Shown here: positions 1-8,187 of the stretch, one piece after another
Layout of the letters: the number at the start of each line of letters is the position of its first letter
How positions within the stretch are numbered: position 1 is the stretch's first letter
IMG/VR virus record: IMGVR_UViG_3300037565_000137
Span: 1 to 40,351 of that record
DNA: 40,351 nucleotides
Direction: 5' to 3' (one strand)
DNA from: a virus
Lineage: Duplodnaviria; Caudoviricetes
Made by a program: the position numbers and the translations under genes
Notes under the pieces: generated by a model
The model's input: the letters and a program-made list of their open reading frames with translations, nothing else
Told to the model about the DNA's origin: nothing
The model's database searches: none

Positions 1-177
1 ATGAGCCACCAAAGCAAAGAAATTACTCACCAAATGGGCGCACTGCTCGGTATCACCGAAGAACAGTGTGGCCGCATTCAGGAAATCGCCGATGCGACAG
101 GGCGCAGCTTCAACGATGTTTGGCTGGACGATAAAGCACTGGCCGATGCAGGCATCCATCTGCCCGGCAGGGGGTGA
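1..177 (+). CDS. Small hypothetical protein (58 aa, Asp/Glu-rich)
   Basis: Read manually: MSHQSKEITHQMGALLGITEEQCGRIQEIADATGRSFNDVWLDDKALADAGIHLPGRG*; below the ORF-track cutoff; upstream RBS is outside the window. Confidence 0.55.
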   Translation: MSHQSKEITHQMGALLGITEEQCGRIQEIADATGRSFNDVWLDDKALADAGIHLPGRG

Positions 178-182
178 TAGAC

Positions 183-208
183 AGAGGGGGCACCGAAGCG
201 CCCCCTCT
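183..208 (-). terminator. GC-rich hairpin (11-bp stem, C-UUCG-G loop on the minus strand); no strong U tract
   Basis: Minus strand AGAGGGGGCGC-TTCG-GTGCCCCCTCT; the G.U pair and UUCG loop work only on the minus strand. Confidence 0.55.
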
Positions 209-246
209 CCATGCCCGAGGGCACATCTCTCAAGTTCCACACGAGT

Positions 247-280
247 GTTTCAATCCGCGCCCGCGCGATGCTCGCGAGAC
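247..280 (-). repeat. Solitary, degenerate type I-C-like CRISPR repeat unit (not an array)
   Basis: Minus strand GTCTCGCGAGCATCGCGCGGGCGCGGATTGAAAC: GTC start and GGGCGCG-GATTGAAAC end resemble I-C repeats; single copy, no cas genes. Confidence 0.5.
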
Positions 281-307
281 CAGCACACCAAGCCGATGGA
301 GGCCGAC

Positions 308-625
308 GTGCCTGACTATACAGATCACCAAATCAAAATCAACCGCGCCGCACGCCTTGCAGACGTGGGCCGCTATCCGTCTACATGCTCTGCGATGATG
401 CGCCACCTGCCCGCCGAATTGGTCAAGCGCGCCACCCCCGCCGAAATCAAGCAGGCCCGGCAAACGCTGGGCCTCACCGCCAAGCAACTCGCGCCCCTCT
501 TGGGCTACAGCCGCCCCGCCAGCGTCTATGATATCGAGGCGGGGCGCGAGCGGGCGAGCGGGGCCGTGGTGCGCCTGCTGCGCGCCTATCTCGACGGATA
601 CCGCCCGGCAGACTGGCCCGCTTGA
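308..625 (+). CDS. XRE-family HTH protein (Aca-like/antitoxin-like)
   Basis: GGAGG RBS before GTG 308; C-terminal TPAEIKQARQTLGLTAKQLAPLLGYSRPASVYDIEAGRERASGAVVRLL is an XRE HTH. Confidence 0.75.
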   Translation: MPDYTDHQIKINRAARLADVGRYPSTCSAMMRHLPAELVKRATPAEIKQARQTLGLTAKQLAPLLGYSRPASVYDIEAGRERASGAVVRLLRAYLDGYRPADWPA

Positions 626-661
626 CCACCGCCCCGGCTCGGCTTCCGGCGAGCGCCGGAT

Positions 662-1009
662 TCAGAACCCCGGCACGCTTCCAAGGCGGATCAGAAACGT
701 GAACGTGTCGTTATCCGCGATCACGGCTTCCGGCGGATCGGCGGCGAATCCGGGCGGCACCGTCACGGCCACATCATCGGGCACGCCGCCCTTGCCCGGA
801 TCGTAATGCACCGCGAAGGTCGCGCCGAATATCGAGACTTCGCAGGTATCAACCACCCGCCCGGCCAACTTGTTGCGCAGCACGATCTCCGCGAATGTCT
901 CCGCGCCCGGCTGGATTGTCGCGCTGGTGCCGTGCGGGCCGAAATAGCAGGTCTCGGCATAGGCCGGTGCGGCGCAGAGGGCGAGGGCAATGGTGGCGGC
1001 GCGGATCAT
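662..1009 (-). CDS. Putative exported protein
   Basis: Signal peptide MIRAATIALALCAAPAYA; start overlaps the stop of the upstream lipoprotein gene. Confidence 0.65.
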   Translation of the reverse strand: MIRAATIALALCAAPAYAETCYFGPHGTSATIQPGAETFAEIVLRNKLAGRVVDTCEVSIFGATFAVHYDPGKGGVPDDVAVTVPPGFAADPPEAVIADNDTFTFLIRLGSVPGF

Positions 1010-1212
1010 GTCACCGGCCTCTGACACACGGCTTCGAACACGTCATAGGCCCGCCCGATTTCCTCTTGCGTCTCGGGCGTGTCGGATCGCGACCGCGTGG
1101 GCAGGCTGTCCTGCCACACATCGCACATCGCGGCCTCAGTCGCGGTAGCCCCGGCTGTCATCGTTGTGCATCCCGTTGCCGTCAGCATCGCGAGCGCGGC
1201 GGCGGATTTCAT
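1006..1212 (-). CDS. Outer-membrane spanin (Rz1-like) lipoprotein
   Basis: Lipoprotein signal MKSAAALAMLTATG-C; overlaps the 3' end of the i-spanin gene in another frame; in the lysis cassette. Confidence 0.65.
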   Translation of the reverse strand: MKSAAALAMLTATGCTTMTAGATATEAAMCDVWQDSLPTRSRSDTPETQEEIGRAYDVFEAVCQRPVT

Positions 1213-1372
1213 CAGCGCGTTGCCTGTCATTGTCCTGCATCCTTCTCTCTGCCTCTGAGCGGCCCTGTGAGCGCAATTCCCGCCGCGCCAGCCCGAGGGC
1301 CGCGAGAACGGCCAAGGCGAGCGCAGCGGCCCGCCCCAGCCGCGTGCGCAGGGCGGTGAGTAGCCACGTCAC
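1136..1372 (-). CDS. Inner-membrane spanin (Rz-like)
   Basis: N-terminal hydrophobic helix (AAALALAVLAALGLA) then a charged helical region; GTG start overlaps the upstream stop. Confidence 0.6.
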   Translation of the reverse strand: MTWLLTALRTRLGRAAALALAVLAALGLARRELRSQGRSEAERRMQDNDRQRADEIRRRARDADGNGMHNDDSRGYRD

Positions 1373-1545
1373 AGCGACCACCCTTTGCGCTTGGCGTAGG
1401 CATAGACGGCCTCGACCGCGCAGCCCATGCCAGCGGCCAAGAGCATCACCACGTCAGGATCACCGGCAAGCGCCTGCCCTGCCTCCATCCCGATCACCAG
1501 CCCCACGCCGTAGCGCAGAGCGATCCGCACGATTGCACCGTTCAT
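1369..1545 (-). CDS. Small membrane protein, putative holin (58 aa)
   Basis: Read manually: MNGAIVRIALRYGVGLVIGMEAGQALAGDPDVVMLLAAGMGCAVEAVYAYAKRKGWSL*; two hydrophobic segments and a basic C-terminus; ATGA-coupled to the endolysin. Confidence 0.6.
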   Translation of the reverse strand: MNGAIVRIALRYGVGLVIGMEAGQALAGDPDVVMLLAAGMGCAVEAVYAYAKRKGWSL

Positions 1546-2123
1546 TTTCGCCCCCTAAAGATTGCCGCGAAGATTGCCTTTATGATCGCGCCCCAGCCGA
1601 TCTTTTCAGAGCGCGGCTCGGTCAGAGCGGGCGCATCATCCGGCGCGGGCTGCGCCTTGGTCTTGCCCCACCATGCCTGAGCATCGAAACCGGGGCATTG
1701 CGTTGCCACAAGTTGCCGGTGCCCCCGGACTTGGGTTGCGCTCGGGCGGCGCGACTGGATATCCCGAATGAGCCGCGTCATGGTCTTGCGCTGCGCCGTG
1801 GTGCGCGTGTCGTGCCCGTTCTTGTCGTCGCCCGCGATCCGCCCGCCCTCGTAGGCAATGCCGATGGTGCGGTCATTGTGGCCGCGCGTGTGCGCGCCTC
1901 GCGCCCATTCCGGCCTGCCATACTCGACTGACCCGTCTTTGCGGATCAGATAGTGATAGCCGGGTCCGTTGAATTTCCGGGCCTTGTGCCAGCGCCAGAC
2001 TTGCGCCATGTCGCTCGTTTCTGCCCAGGTGTAATGGATCACGATGGTCTCGACCGGCCCCGAGTGCGCCGTGAAGGGGCCGCGCGGGCCGGTGACTAGC
2101 GGTGCTGTGAAATCGAGTGTCAT
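1542..2123 (-). CDS. Endolysin, N-acetylmuramoyl-L-alanine amidase (T7-lysozyme/Amidase_2 type)
   Basis: IVIHYT, GYHYLI, GAHTRGHN, IGIAYEGG and GHRQL-x4-CPGF Zn-amidase motifs; amphipathic C-terminal tail. Confidence 0.92.
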   Translation of the reverse strand: MTLDFTAPLVTGPRGPFTAHSGPVETIVIHYTWAETSDMAQVWRWHKARKFNGPGYHYLIRKDGSVEYGRPEWARGAHTRGHNDRTIGIAYEGGRIAGDDKNGHDTRTTAQRKTMTRLIRDIQSRRPSATQVRGHRQLVATQCPGFDAQAWWGKTKAQPAPDDAPALTEPRSEKIGWGAIIKAIFAAIFRGRK

Positions 2124-2398
2124 TGCCCTGCCTCCATCCGTTCAAGCCGCGCGTCGATCCGCGCGAGATAGCCAAGAATGCTGTTGAGCCGCTCGTCGGA
2201 TCGCGCCGCGCCGTTTTCGAGCGCCCGCAGGCGGGGATCGTAAGCGTTCGCCGTGCGCTCCACCGCCTCTACCCGCTTGGCATTGGCGCTGGTGCGGGCG
2301 TCCATCTGCATCCAGCCCACCGTCATGGCGACAATGAGCGAGACCATCTGCAGCACGTGGCCGAGGTTGAAAGTCATTGAAAATTGTGGTCGCGTCAT
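2120..2398 (-). CDS. Single-TM coiled-coil protein before the endolysin (holin/antiholin-like)
   Basis: NLGHVLQMVSLIVAMTVGW TM then a coiled coil; GGAGAG RBS; position in the lysis cassette. Confidence 0.6.
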   Translation of the reverse strand: MTRPQFSMTFNLGHVLQMVSLIVAMTVGWMQMDARTSANAKRVEAVERTANAYDPRLRALENGAARSDERLNSILGYLARIDARLERMEAGQ

Positions 2399-2446
2399 CG
2401 TCTCTCCTGCTCAATAGGTCGCGCCGCCCGATCCGGGCTGACGCGG

Positions 2447-2851
2447 TTACACGTCGCCGATCTCGATCTGCCGCAGCCCCAGCATCGCCAGCGCGTCCAC
2501 CCCCGCAGGTCCGACCACGGCGACGATCCGGCCCGGTGCGGGCGCAGGCGGCGCGCCCCCATCGGCGGGCGACCAAACCGCGAGTTTGTCGAGCGCGCGC
2601 CCCGCGCCTGTCATGTTGACGCTGTAGTCAGTGTCCCACGCCGGGCGGTCCCCGAGGGGCTGTGTTGCCCGCTCGCGCCACGCCGCGCTTTTCGGGCCGC
2701 AGGCGACGTGGATGATCTCGCCCGCCGCGTCCTGCCAGCGCGGCTTGAACGACGACAGGCTCGCAGGCTCGTCGTTGAGATACCCGGCCAGCGCGCGGGC
2801 ATCCCCCACGTCTGCCTCGTGACAGGCGACGGTTACGATCACCATGCTCAT
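2447..2851 (-). CDS. Hypothetical tail-associated protein
   Basis: MSMVIVTVACHEAD... ATGA-coupled to the upstream gene. Confidence 0.6.
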   Translation of the reverse strand: MSMVIVTVACHEADVGDARALAGYLNDEPASLSSFKPRWQDAAGEIIHVACGPKSAAWRERATQPLGDRPAWDTDYSVNMTGAGRALDKLAVWSPADGGAPPAPAPGRIVAVVGPAGVDALAMLGLRQIEIGDV

Positions 2852-3978
2852 ATCGTGTGCCCCATGTCGTTGGCGATCCGCGCGGCCACGTCGAGCCGCT
2901 GCGCCTCGGTCAGGTCGCGCCCGATTGCCATGACGGTCGTAAACTGAGCGTTGGCGAACTGGAGGCCACCTAGCAGCACCCCCAGCGTCATCGTGCGGTT
3001 GCCCCAAGAGGTGACGCTATACGTCGCACTGGTCGCCACAACGCTGGCATCTGACATATCGTCAAGCCACATCTCGGCCTGTGTCTTTGTGGCCCTGATC
3101 AGCATAACGCGCGTGTCAGGCAGATCATATTGGGCGTCAGACGTTCCAAAGGATGTGTTACCTGCGCCAATGAACCCTTCAAAGTTTATGCTGTTGACAG
3201 GCGCCCTTGCGACAACGCGACCTGAAATCACTCCGTCTGATGTTCCGAAAAGCGTTTTTTTCCCGCTGGTGTTTAGGGGGCGGACACCCAAGACAACCGT
3301 CAAAACATCCGCTGCCGAAAAATCGACGGTATCGGTTGTTCTCATGCCGTCATCAATACCGTCGGTCAGGATCACAAATTTTCCCGCGCCGTTCGTTTTG
3401 ACACGGGGGGCCTCGTCAATAGCCGCCTGCACGAAATGGTGCCCGTTGCCGCTACTGTCTGCCAGATACCGGCACGCATCATCGACTGCCGTTGCGTTGG
3501 TGGTCCCCGCTGCATCGGTGAATACATTGGACAAGTCATGCGGCTGGTAAAGACCGCCGGGGTAAGTGCCGCTGTCAAACAGGCTGGCGAGGTCCAGCAA
3601 GTCTAGCAGCGCCCGCCCCCGCGCCACGATGCTCGCGCCGCCCGTCAGCGCCGCGCTCACGCGCCCGGTCGCGCTGCCCCGTGCCGACACGCTGGCAGAG
3701 CCGATCACCGCCGCGCCCGCCGCTGCAATGGCCGATATCCGCGCCCGCACCGCCGCAGACGCCACCACCGCACCAGACGCCGCCGCAAGGCCCGAGACGA
3801 TGGCCCGCACGCTCGCGCTCGCCAGCATGGCAAACCGCACCGACACGACCCCCGAGGGCAAGCCCGGCGTGATCGTGAGCGTGCTGCCGTCCGACACGCC
3901 CAGGCTCACAGCCTCCTGCTCATACATCATCGGCACCGTGATCGTGTTGCCGAAACCGTCGGTGATGGTCAGAGGCAT
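2848..3978 (-). CDS. Putative tail fibre/receptor-binding protein with an Ala-rich stalk and a LamG/ConA-like C-terminal domain
   Basis: Ala/Ser/Gly/Val repeats, then LYQPHDLSNVFTDAAGTT...DSSGNGHHFVQ...DGIDD...IGRDLT, a pattern typical of phage LamG-like modules. Confidence 0.6.
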   Translation of the reverse strand: MPLTITDGFGNTITVPMMYEQEAVSLGVSDGSTLTITPGLPSGVVSVRFAMLASASVRAIVSGLAAASGAVVASAAVRARISAIAAAGAAVIGSASVSARGSATGRVSAALTGGASIVARGRALLDLLDLASLFDSGTYPGGLYQPHDLSNVFTDAAGTTNATAVDDACRYLADSSGNGHHFVQAAIDEAPRVKTNGAGKFVILTDGIDDGMRTTDTVDFSAADVLTVVLGVRPLNTSGKKTLFGTSDGVISGRVVARAPVNSINFEGFIGAGNTSFGTSDAQYDLPDTRVMLIRATKTQAEMWLDDMSDASVVATSATYSVTSWGNRTMTLGVLLGGLQFANAQFTTVMAIGRDLTEAQRLDVAARIANDMGHTI

Positions 3979-4292
3979 CAGGGATAGCTCCGCTCGACAG
4001 TGACGACGAAAGTCCGCGTCGAATTTGTCCCGAGAAGGCTCACAAACGACACGTCTCCGCGATAGACGCCCGGCACCCAGCCCGCCGTGGTTTCCTTGTC
4101 CTGAGCAAAGCTGATGGTGGCGGCGGCTCCGTCGATCACAGAGTTGTTAGTCGTGATCGTCGCGCCGCCCGGCCCCTCGAACGAGGTATTGATTTCGATG
4201 CCTTGGAGCGGGACCGGCTCGCCGTCCTTGTCGGTAAGCACGCCGGTCCATTCCAGCGTGTCACCGACTTTGGCTTGCAGCGCATTCGTCAT
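3978..4292 (-). CDS. BppU-like/Ig-like baseplate accessory protein
   Basis: KVGDT...L-x-D-x-DG-x-PV-x-L...G-x-Y-x-GDV pattern; tail cluster. Confidence 0.55.
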   Translation of the reverse strand: MTNALQAKVGDTLEWTGVLTDKDGEPVPLQGIEINTSFEGPGGATITTNNSVIDGAAATISFAQDKETTAGWVPGVYRGDVSFVSLLGTNSTRTFVVTVERSYP

Positions 4293-4296
4293 AGGA

Positions 4297-4743
4297 TCAG
4301 CTCAGCGTGATGGTCGCGCCCGCGTCGATCTGGGGCGTGATATTGGCGCTGATGGCGAGGGACGTGTCAGCGTCCGCACCGTCCTTGATGGTCGCGAAAT
4401 ACAGCACCTCGCCCGCGCCACTCGCATCCGTGCCGATGGCAAAATGCGTCGCCGTCGCCGTGCCGCCCGTGGCCTTGGGAAAGGTGATGTTGCCGACCAG
4501 CGTCGCCACCAGATCGGCCACCGTCCAGCGCGTCCCGTCGCGAGGGACCGCCACGCGCGCATAGCTCGTATAGGCCACCTCGTTCGTGGTCTGCGATCCA
4601 CCCACGCCCGGCGCAGCGGTGTGCAGCGAGGCGTAGAGATTGGTGAGCGGCGCAGTGGCCGCGTTGTCAGCGATGTTCGGGATCGCGGCTGCGTTGAGCA
4701 ACAGGTCGTGAAACTCCGACCCGAGGTAGTTTGCAAATGCCAT
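4297..4743 (-). CDS. Phage tail-fibre-associated structural protein
   Basis: LYASLHTAAPG...EVAYTSYARVAV...ITFP-x-ATGG...THFAIG, a widespread phage structural family; AAGGAG RBS. Confidence 0.7.
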   Translation of the reverse strand: MAFANYLGSEFHDLLLNAAAIPNIADNAATAPLTNLYASLHTAAPGVGGSQTTNEVAYTSYARVAVPRDGTRWTVADLVATLVGNITFPKATGGTATATHFAIGTDASGAGEVLYFATIKDGADADTSLAISANITPQIDAGATITLS

Positions 4744-4804
4744 GTGTCAGGCTCCTTTTGGTCAGGTCCACCGCGCATCGGCGGTGTAGTCGGTGGGGAT
4801 GGGG

Positions 4805-5443
4805 TCAGCGGCAGACGATCACGTTCACAATCGCGCGGTCGCCCGCGATGTAGGCGCTGGACACGCCGCCCTGAATTCGGAGCGTCGTTGTCGCCTGCGT
4901 CACGATTGAGAAATGACCAGTGCTGTTGAAGCCGAAGGCGCTCTGAGCAATCGCGAACGCCGCGTAATTCGCGTCCGCGAAGGCAGAGTCGAACGTGATC
5001 GTGTAATCGCCCACTGCGTTGCGCGCGACGCTGGCGACATTCAGGCCCGCCCGGATCGTCGGTGGCGTCGTGCTGCCGTCGAAATTCACCCACGCCTTGA
5101 CCGGCGGCGCGGGGCTGAGGGCCGCAATCGCCTGCGCCGTGCGCAGCGGCGTCATGCCCTTATCCGTGGCCGTGCCCGCCTCGGCCTCAACCTGCGTGGC
5201 GATCGCAAGCTCGGCCATGGCCTTAAGCCCAAGCGCCGTGATCAGCGTCTCCCAGCCGTCATTCGCCGGGGTGCGTTTCTTCAGCACGCCCGCCGTCGTG
5301 TCATACCAGAGTTGGTTCGCGAAGGTCGCCGTGGGGGCAGTCGCGCCGGTCGAAAGCGTCGCAAGGGCTTCGAGCGCGGTGTTCAGCGCCGTGCGTGCCG
5401 CCGCCGCCTCGACGTTGCCGATCTGCATCGAGCTTTGCGTCAT
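4805..5443 (-). CDS. Tail fibre protein
   Basis: AP-x-ATFANQLWYDT, IATQVEAEAGT..KGMTPL fibre repeat and KAWVNFDG C-terminal domain. Confidence 0.75.
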   Translation of the reverse strand: MTQSSMQIGNVEAAAARTALNTALEALATLSTGATAPTATFANQLWYDTTAGVLKKRTPANDGWETLITALGLKAMAELAIATQVEAEAGTATDKGMTPLRTAQAIAALSPAPPVKAWVNFDGSTTPPTIRAGLNVASVARNAVGDYTITFDSAFADANYAAFAIAQSAFGFNSTGHFSIVTQATTTLRIQGGVSSAYIAGDRAIVNVIVCR

Positions 5444-8187
5444 GTGTCATACTCCACAATGGCTGTCATTTCCGAGATCGAGGGCGTCACGTTGGCGCTC
5501 GTGCTGCGCAGGACAGCACGGAACCGGAACGCCCGCCCCCGGAACTCCGCGACGCGAAACCGCCGCCAATCGCTCCATGTCGGTGTGCCCGCCGGATCGT
5601 CTGCGGTCGTCGAGATGAAAAACTCCACGTCCGTATCCGCGAACTGCGGCGAGCCGGTCCATGTGTCCCAGGTGCCGGGCCATGTGTCCCAGGTGCCGGG
5701 AATATCGTCCCACGTCCCCGATCCCTCGTCAGAGCGTGTCACCTCCACGTCCACCCGCGCCCGCACCCGGCGCACCGTCGCGTCATGCGTCTCGATATAG
5801 CCACTGAAATCATAGGTGCCCTCGGAGGGCGCGGTGGACGGGTCGGTGATGCGCAGCGCGTTACTTTCCACCTCGACGCCGGTCTTTGTGCCGCCGAATG
5901 TCGGATGCTCGTCGTCGGTCAGGGTCTGCGCGAAATCAGGCGTGTCGTCGTCGGTAATCACCACCGTCGCGGCATCGGTGGACGGCACGCCGGTTTTCGA
6001 GACGGCCTTGATCAGGTAGGTGCCGGGCCGCGTGGGCAGCGCAACGGACGTGCCGGGGCGCGGCACCTTGTCAACGGCGGTGGTCGAGTTGGCCCACGTC
6101 GCACCGCTCGTCTCGGTCGCGTGCCGGATGCGATAGTAGGACAGATCGCCGCTATCGACGGGCTGCCATTCCAGCGTCGTGATGCCCGCGTTGACCTCGG
6201 CGAAGAACCCCGTCACATCGTCGGGCGCATCCTGCAGCGTCGTCGTCGCGATCAGGCCGGTCGTCGTCCATGGCCCGCGCTGCTGCGCAAGCCCGAACGT
6301 GCGCGCGCGGAACCGGTATGATCCGACCTCCGGCGCGACCAGATCGAACCGCCCCAGCCCGCCCGTCGCAAGGATCGTCCAGTCGCTATCCCCGTCGCGC
6401 TGATACTGCACCTCGACGCGCGGCACCGCGTCCTCGTCTGAATAGGTGACGCTGATCGAGATAACGTTCTGCACCGCCTCGCGGATCACGCGGGTTGCGC
6501 TGATGATCGATTCAGCCGGTATCGACAGGACCGGCAAGGCCGGATCGGTGAAATGGTTGTAGGACGGCGCGGCGGGCAAATCCTGCTCCGGCGTCCAAGC
6601 CACGTCGCCCGCGTCCCGCTCGCGCACCGTCACGATCTGAATCAGCGTGCCGGGGCGCTCCTCCACCCGCACCACCTCGAACACCTTTTCGGTGTATCCG
6701 TATTCCTCGCTCGTCCAGGTGATCGCGTCCAGCGGCTCTAGCAGGCCATAGCTGGGGGGCAGGCCCAGCTTGTGCGTCCGAAACCGCCGCGCGTCCTTGG
6801 CGTAGGCTTCCAGCAGGTGCTGGCCTTGGCTAGGGTCAAACACGGCGGGCAGGTCGATACTCTGCGAAAGCCGCCGGTTGCCATCCTCGGCCTCCCATGC
6901 CGCGTTGAACTTGCCCGGAAGGCTGGTGCCCGCCCACAGGTTCGTCGGCTCAACGTAGGTGCCCGTGAAGGCATTGGACACGCCCGCGAGGCCGGGGAAC
7001 GGATCGAAATTGCGCGGCTCCGTGATCACGAAATCATCATCGGTCAGGTGCATCACGCCCTCTGCCGGGGCACCCACGCGAATGCGAAACACGCCGCCGA
7101 ACTCGCTGATCTGCCCGAAACAGGCGCGCAGCATTTCCTCGACCACCTCGAACGGCGCGACCTCGTTGGTGTCGATCTCGAACCCGGCGCGGAACTGCGT
7201 GCGATCCCCGATCAGCACGTCACACTCGTTCATGCCCGCAATCCAGTTATCGAGCGGCAAATCCTCGGCGGGCACCTCGCCGCCGTAGATGTCGCCATTG
7301 GGCAGGGTGATCCCGCGCATCACGTTGTAAGCGATCACCATGGGGTTATCCGAAAATTCCCACGTCGCGGAATCGGTCCAGCGATGCGCGCCGTCGCCGC
7401 CCACCGTGCTGTCCTTGCGCGGATCGTAGAGCGGGATGCCCTGCACCTCGTAGCGCACGGCGGGCAGGCCCGAGAACACCTCCTGGTCGAACCAGAAATG
7501 CATGATCGCGTAGGCCGTGCCGCGCAGGACGTGATCCTCCGACCACGGCCTGTCCGGGTGATCGCCGTAGCGCGCCACGAGGCCCGGATCGGCGCTGGTC
7601 TGCGTGCCATCGTAAAACTTGATCCAGGCCCGGTTCTGCACGGGGAAATCGTCCAGCACGTTGCCCAGGTCGAAATCGCCGATGAACCGCGCAAGCTCGG
7701 TCAGGTCATACCCGACCACGTCCGATATGCCGCGCCACTCACCGTCCACCACCACGCGGCCCGTCAGCCCGGTCACGGGGATGTTGCTCACCTCCATGAT
7801 GTAGGTGAGGATCTTGTTGTCCTGCCCGGTCGAATAGAGCGGCGCGACGAGATGCCCCTCCACCCCGTAGGTGCCAACCACGACTTTCAGCGGCGTCACG
7901 TCGCCATTCGTGGTCGATTCCGTCTGGATACCGCGCGGGTTGATCGCCGAGGCGCGCGGCTTTTTCTGGAAGAGCTGCCCGACAAGCGAAAGGCCGATCC
8001 CCGCGAACAGCTTGCCCGCGAACGTGCTGGTCAGCACCTGCAGCCCGACGCTCACCGCGCCGATGAGGCCAGCACCCGCGCCGAACGCAGCGACTGCGGC
8101 ACCTAAAGCCGTCGCGACAAAGCCCGCGCGGGCGGGGCTGGCGCTCAACGTGAGTGCCAGCAGCAGGGCGAGAAACAGCCGCTTCAT
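5440..8187 (-). CDS. Tail tip/central fibre (host-specificity gpJ-like) with Fn3-like domains
   Basis: 915 aa; YDPRKDSTVGG-x-G-x-HRW..WEFSDNP motif; Fn3-like YRFRART and GTYLIKAV; WD-x-x-PGT repeats. Confidence 0.85.
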   Translation of the reverse strand: MKRLFLALLLALTLSASPARAGFVATALGAAVAAFGAGAGLIGAVSVGLQVLTSTFAGKLFAGIGLSLVGQLFQKKPRASAINPRGIQTESTTNGDVTPLKVVVGTYGVEGHLVAPLYSTGQDNKILTYIMEVSNIPVTGLTGRVVVDGEWRGISDVVGYDLTELARFIGDFDLGNVLDDFPVQNRAWIKFYDGTQTSADPGLVARYGDHPDRPWSEDHVLRGTAYAIMHFWFDQEVFSGLPAVRYEVQGIPLYDPRKDSTVGGDGAHRWTDSATWEFSDNPMVIAYNVMRGITLPNGDIYGGEVPAEDLPLDNWIAGMNECDVLIGDRTQFRAGFEIDTNEVAPFEVVEEMLRACFGQISEFGGVFRIRVGAPAEGVMHLTDDDFVITEPRNFDPFPGLAGVSNAFTGTYVEPTNLWAGTSLPGKFNAAWEAEDGNRRLSQSIDLPAVFDPSQGQHLLEAYAKDARRFRTHKLGLPPSYGLLEPLDAITWTSEEYGYTEKVFEVVRVEERPGTLIQIVTVRERDAGDVAWTPEQDLPAAPSYNHFTDPALPVLSIPAESIISATRVIREAVQNVISISVTYSDEDAVPRVEVQYQRDGDSDWTILATGGLGRFDLVAPEVGSYRFRARTFGLAQQRGPWTTTGLIATTTLQDAPDDVTGFFAEVNAGITTLEWQPVDSGDLSYYRIRHATETSGATWANSTTAVDKVPRPGTSVALPTRPGTYLIKAVSKTGVPSTDAATVVITDDDTPDFAQTLTDDEHPTFGGTKTGVEVESNALRITDPSTAPSEGTYDFSGYIETHDATVRRVRARVDVEVTRSDEGSGTWDDIPGTWDTWPGTWDTWTGSPQFADTDVEFFISTTADDPAGTPTWSDWRRFRVAEFRGRAFRFRAVLRSTSANVTPSISEMTAIVEYDT

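Noticed and set aside
1-4. ATGA at both window ends suggesting a circular junction linking int to ORF1
   Set aside because: A 4-bp match is expected when a window is cut at gene boundaries; insufficient evidence
234-250. Possible alphaproteobacterial LexA box (GTTC-N7-GTTC)
   Set aside because: The second half-site reads GTGT at the required spacing
183-280. CRISPR array
   Set aside because: Only one repeat-like unit and no cas genes; reported as a solitary repeat instead
2848-8187. Diversity-generating retroelement or invertible tail-fibre switch
   Set aside because: No reverse transcriptase, invertase, template/variable repeat pair or inverted crossover sites seen
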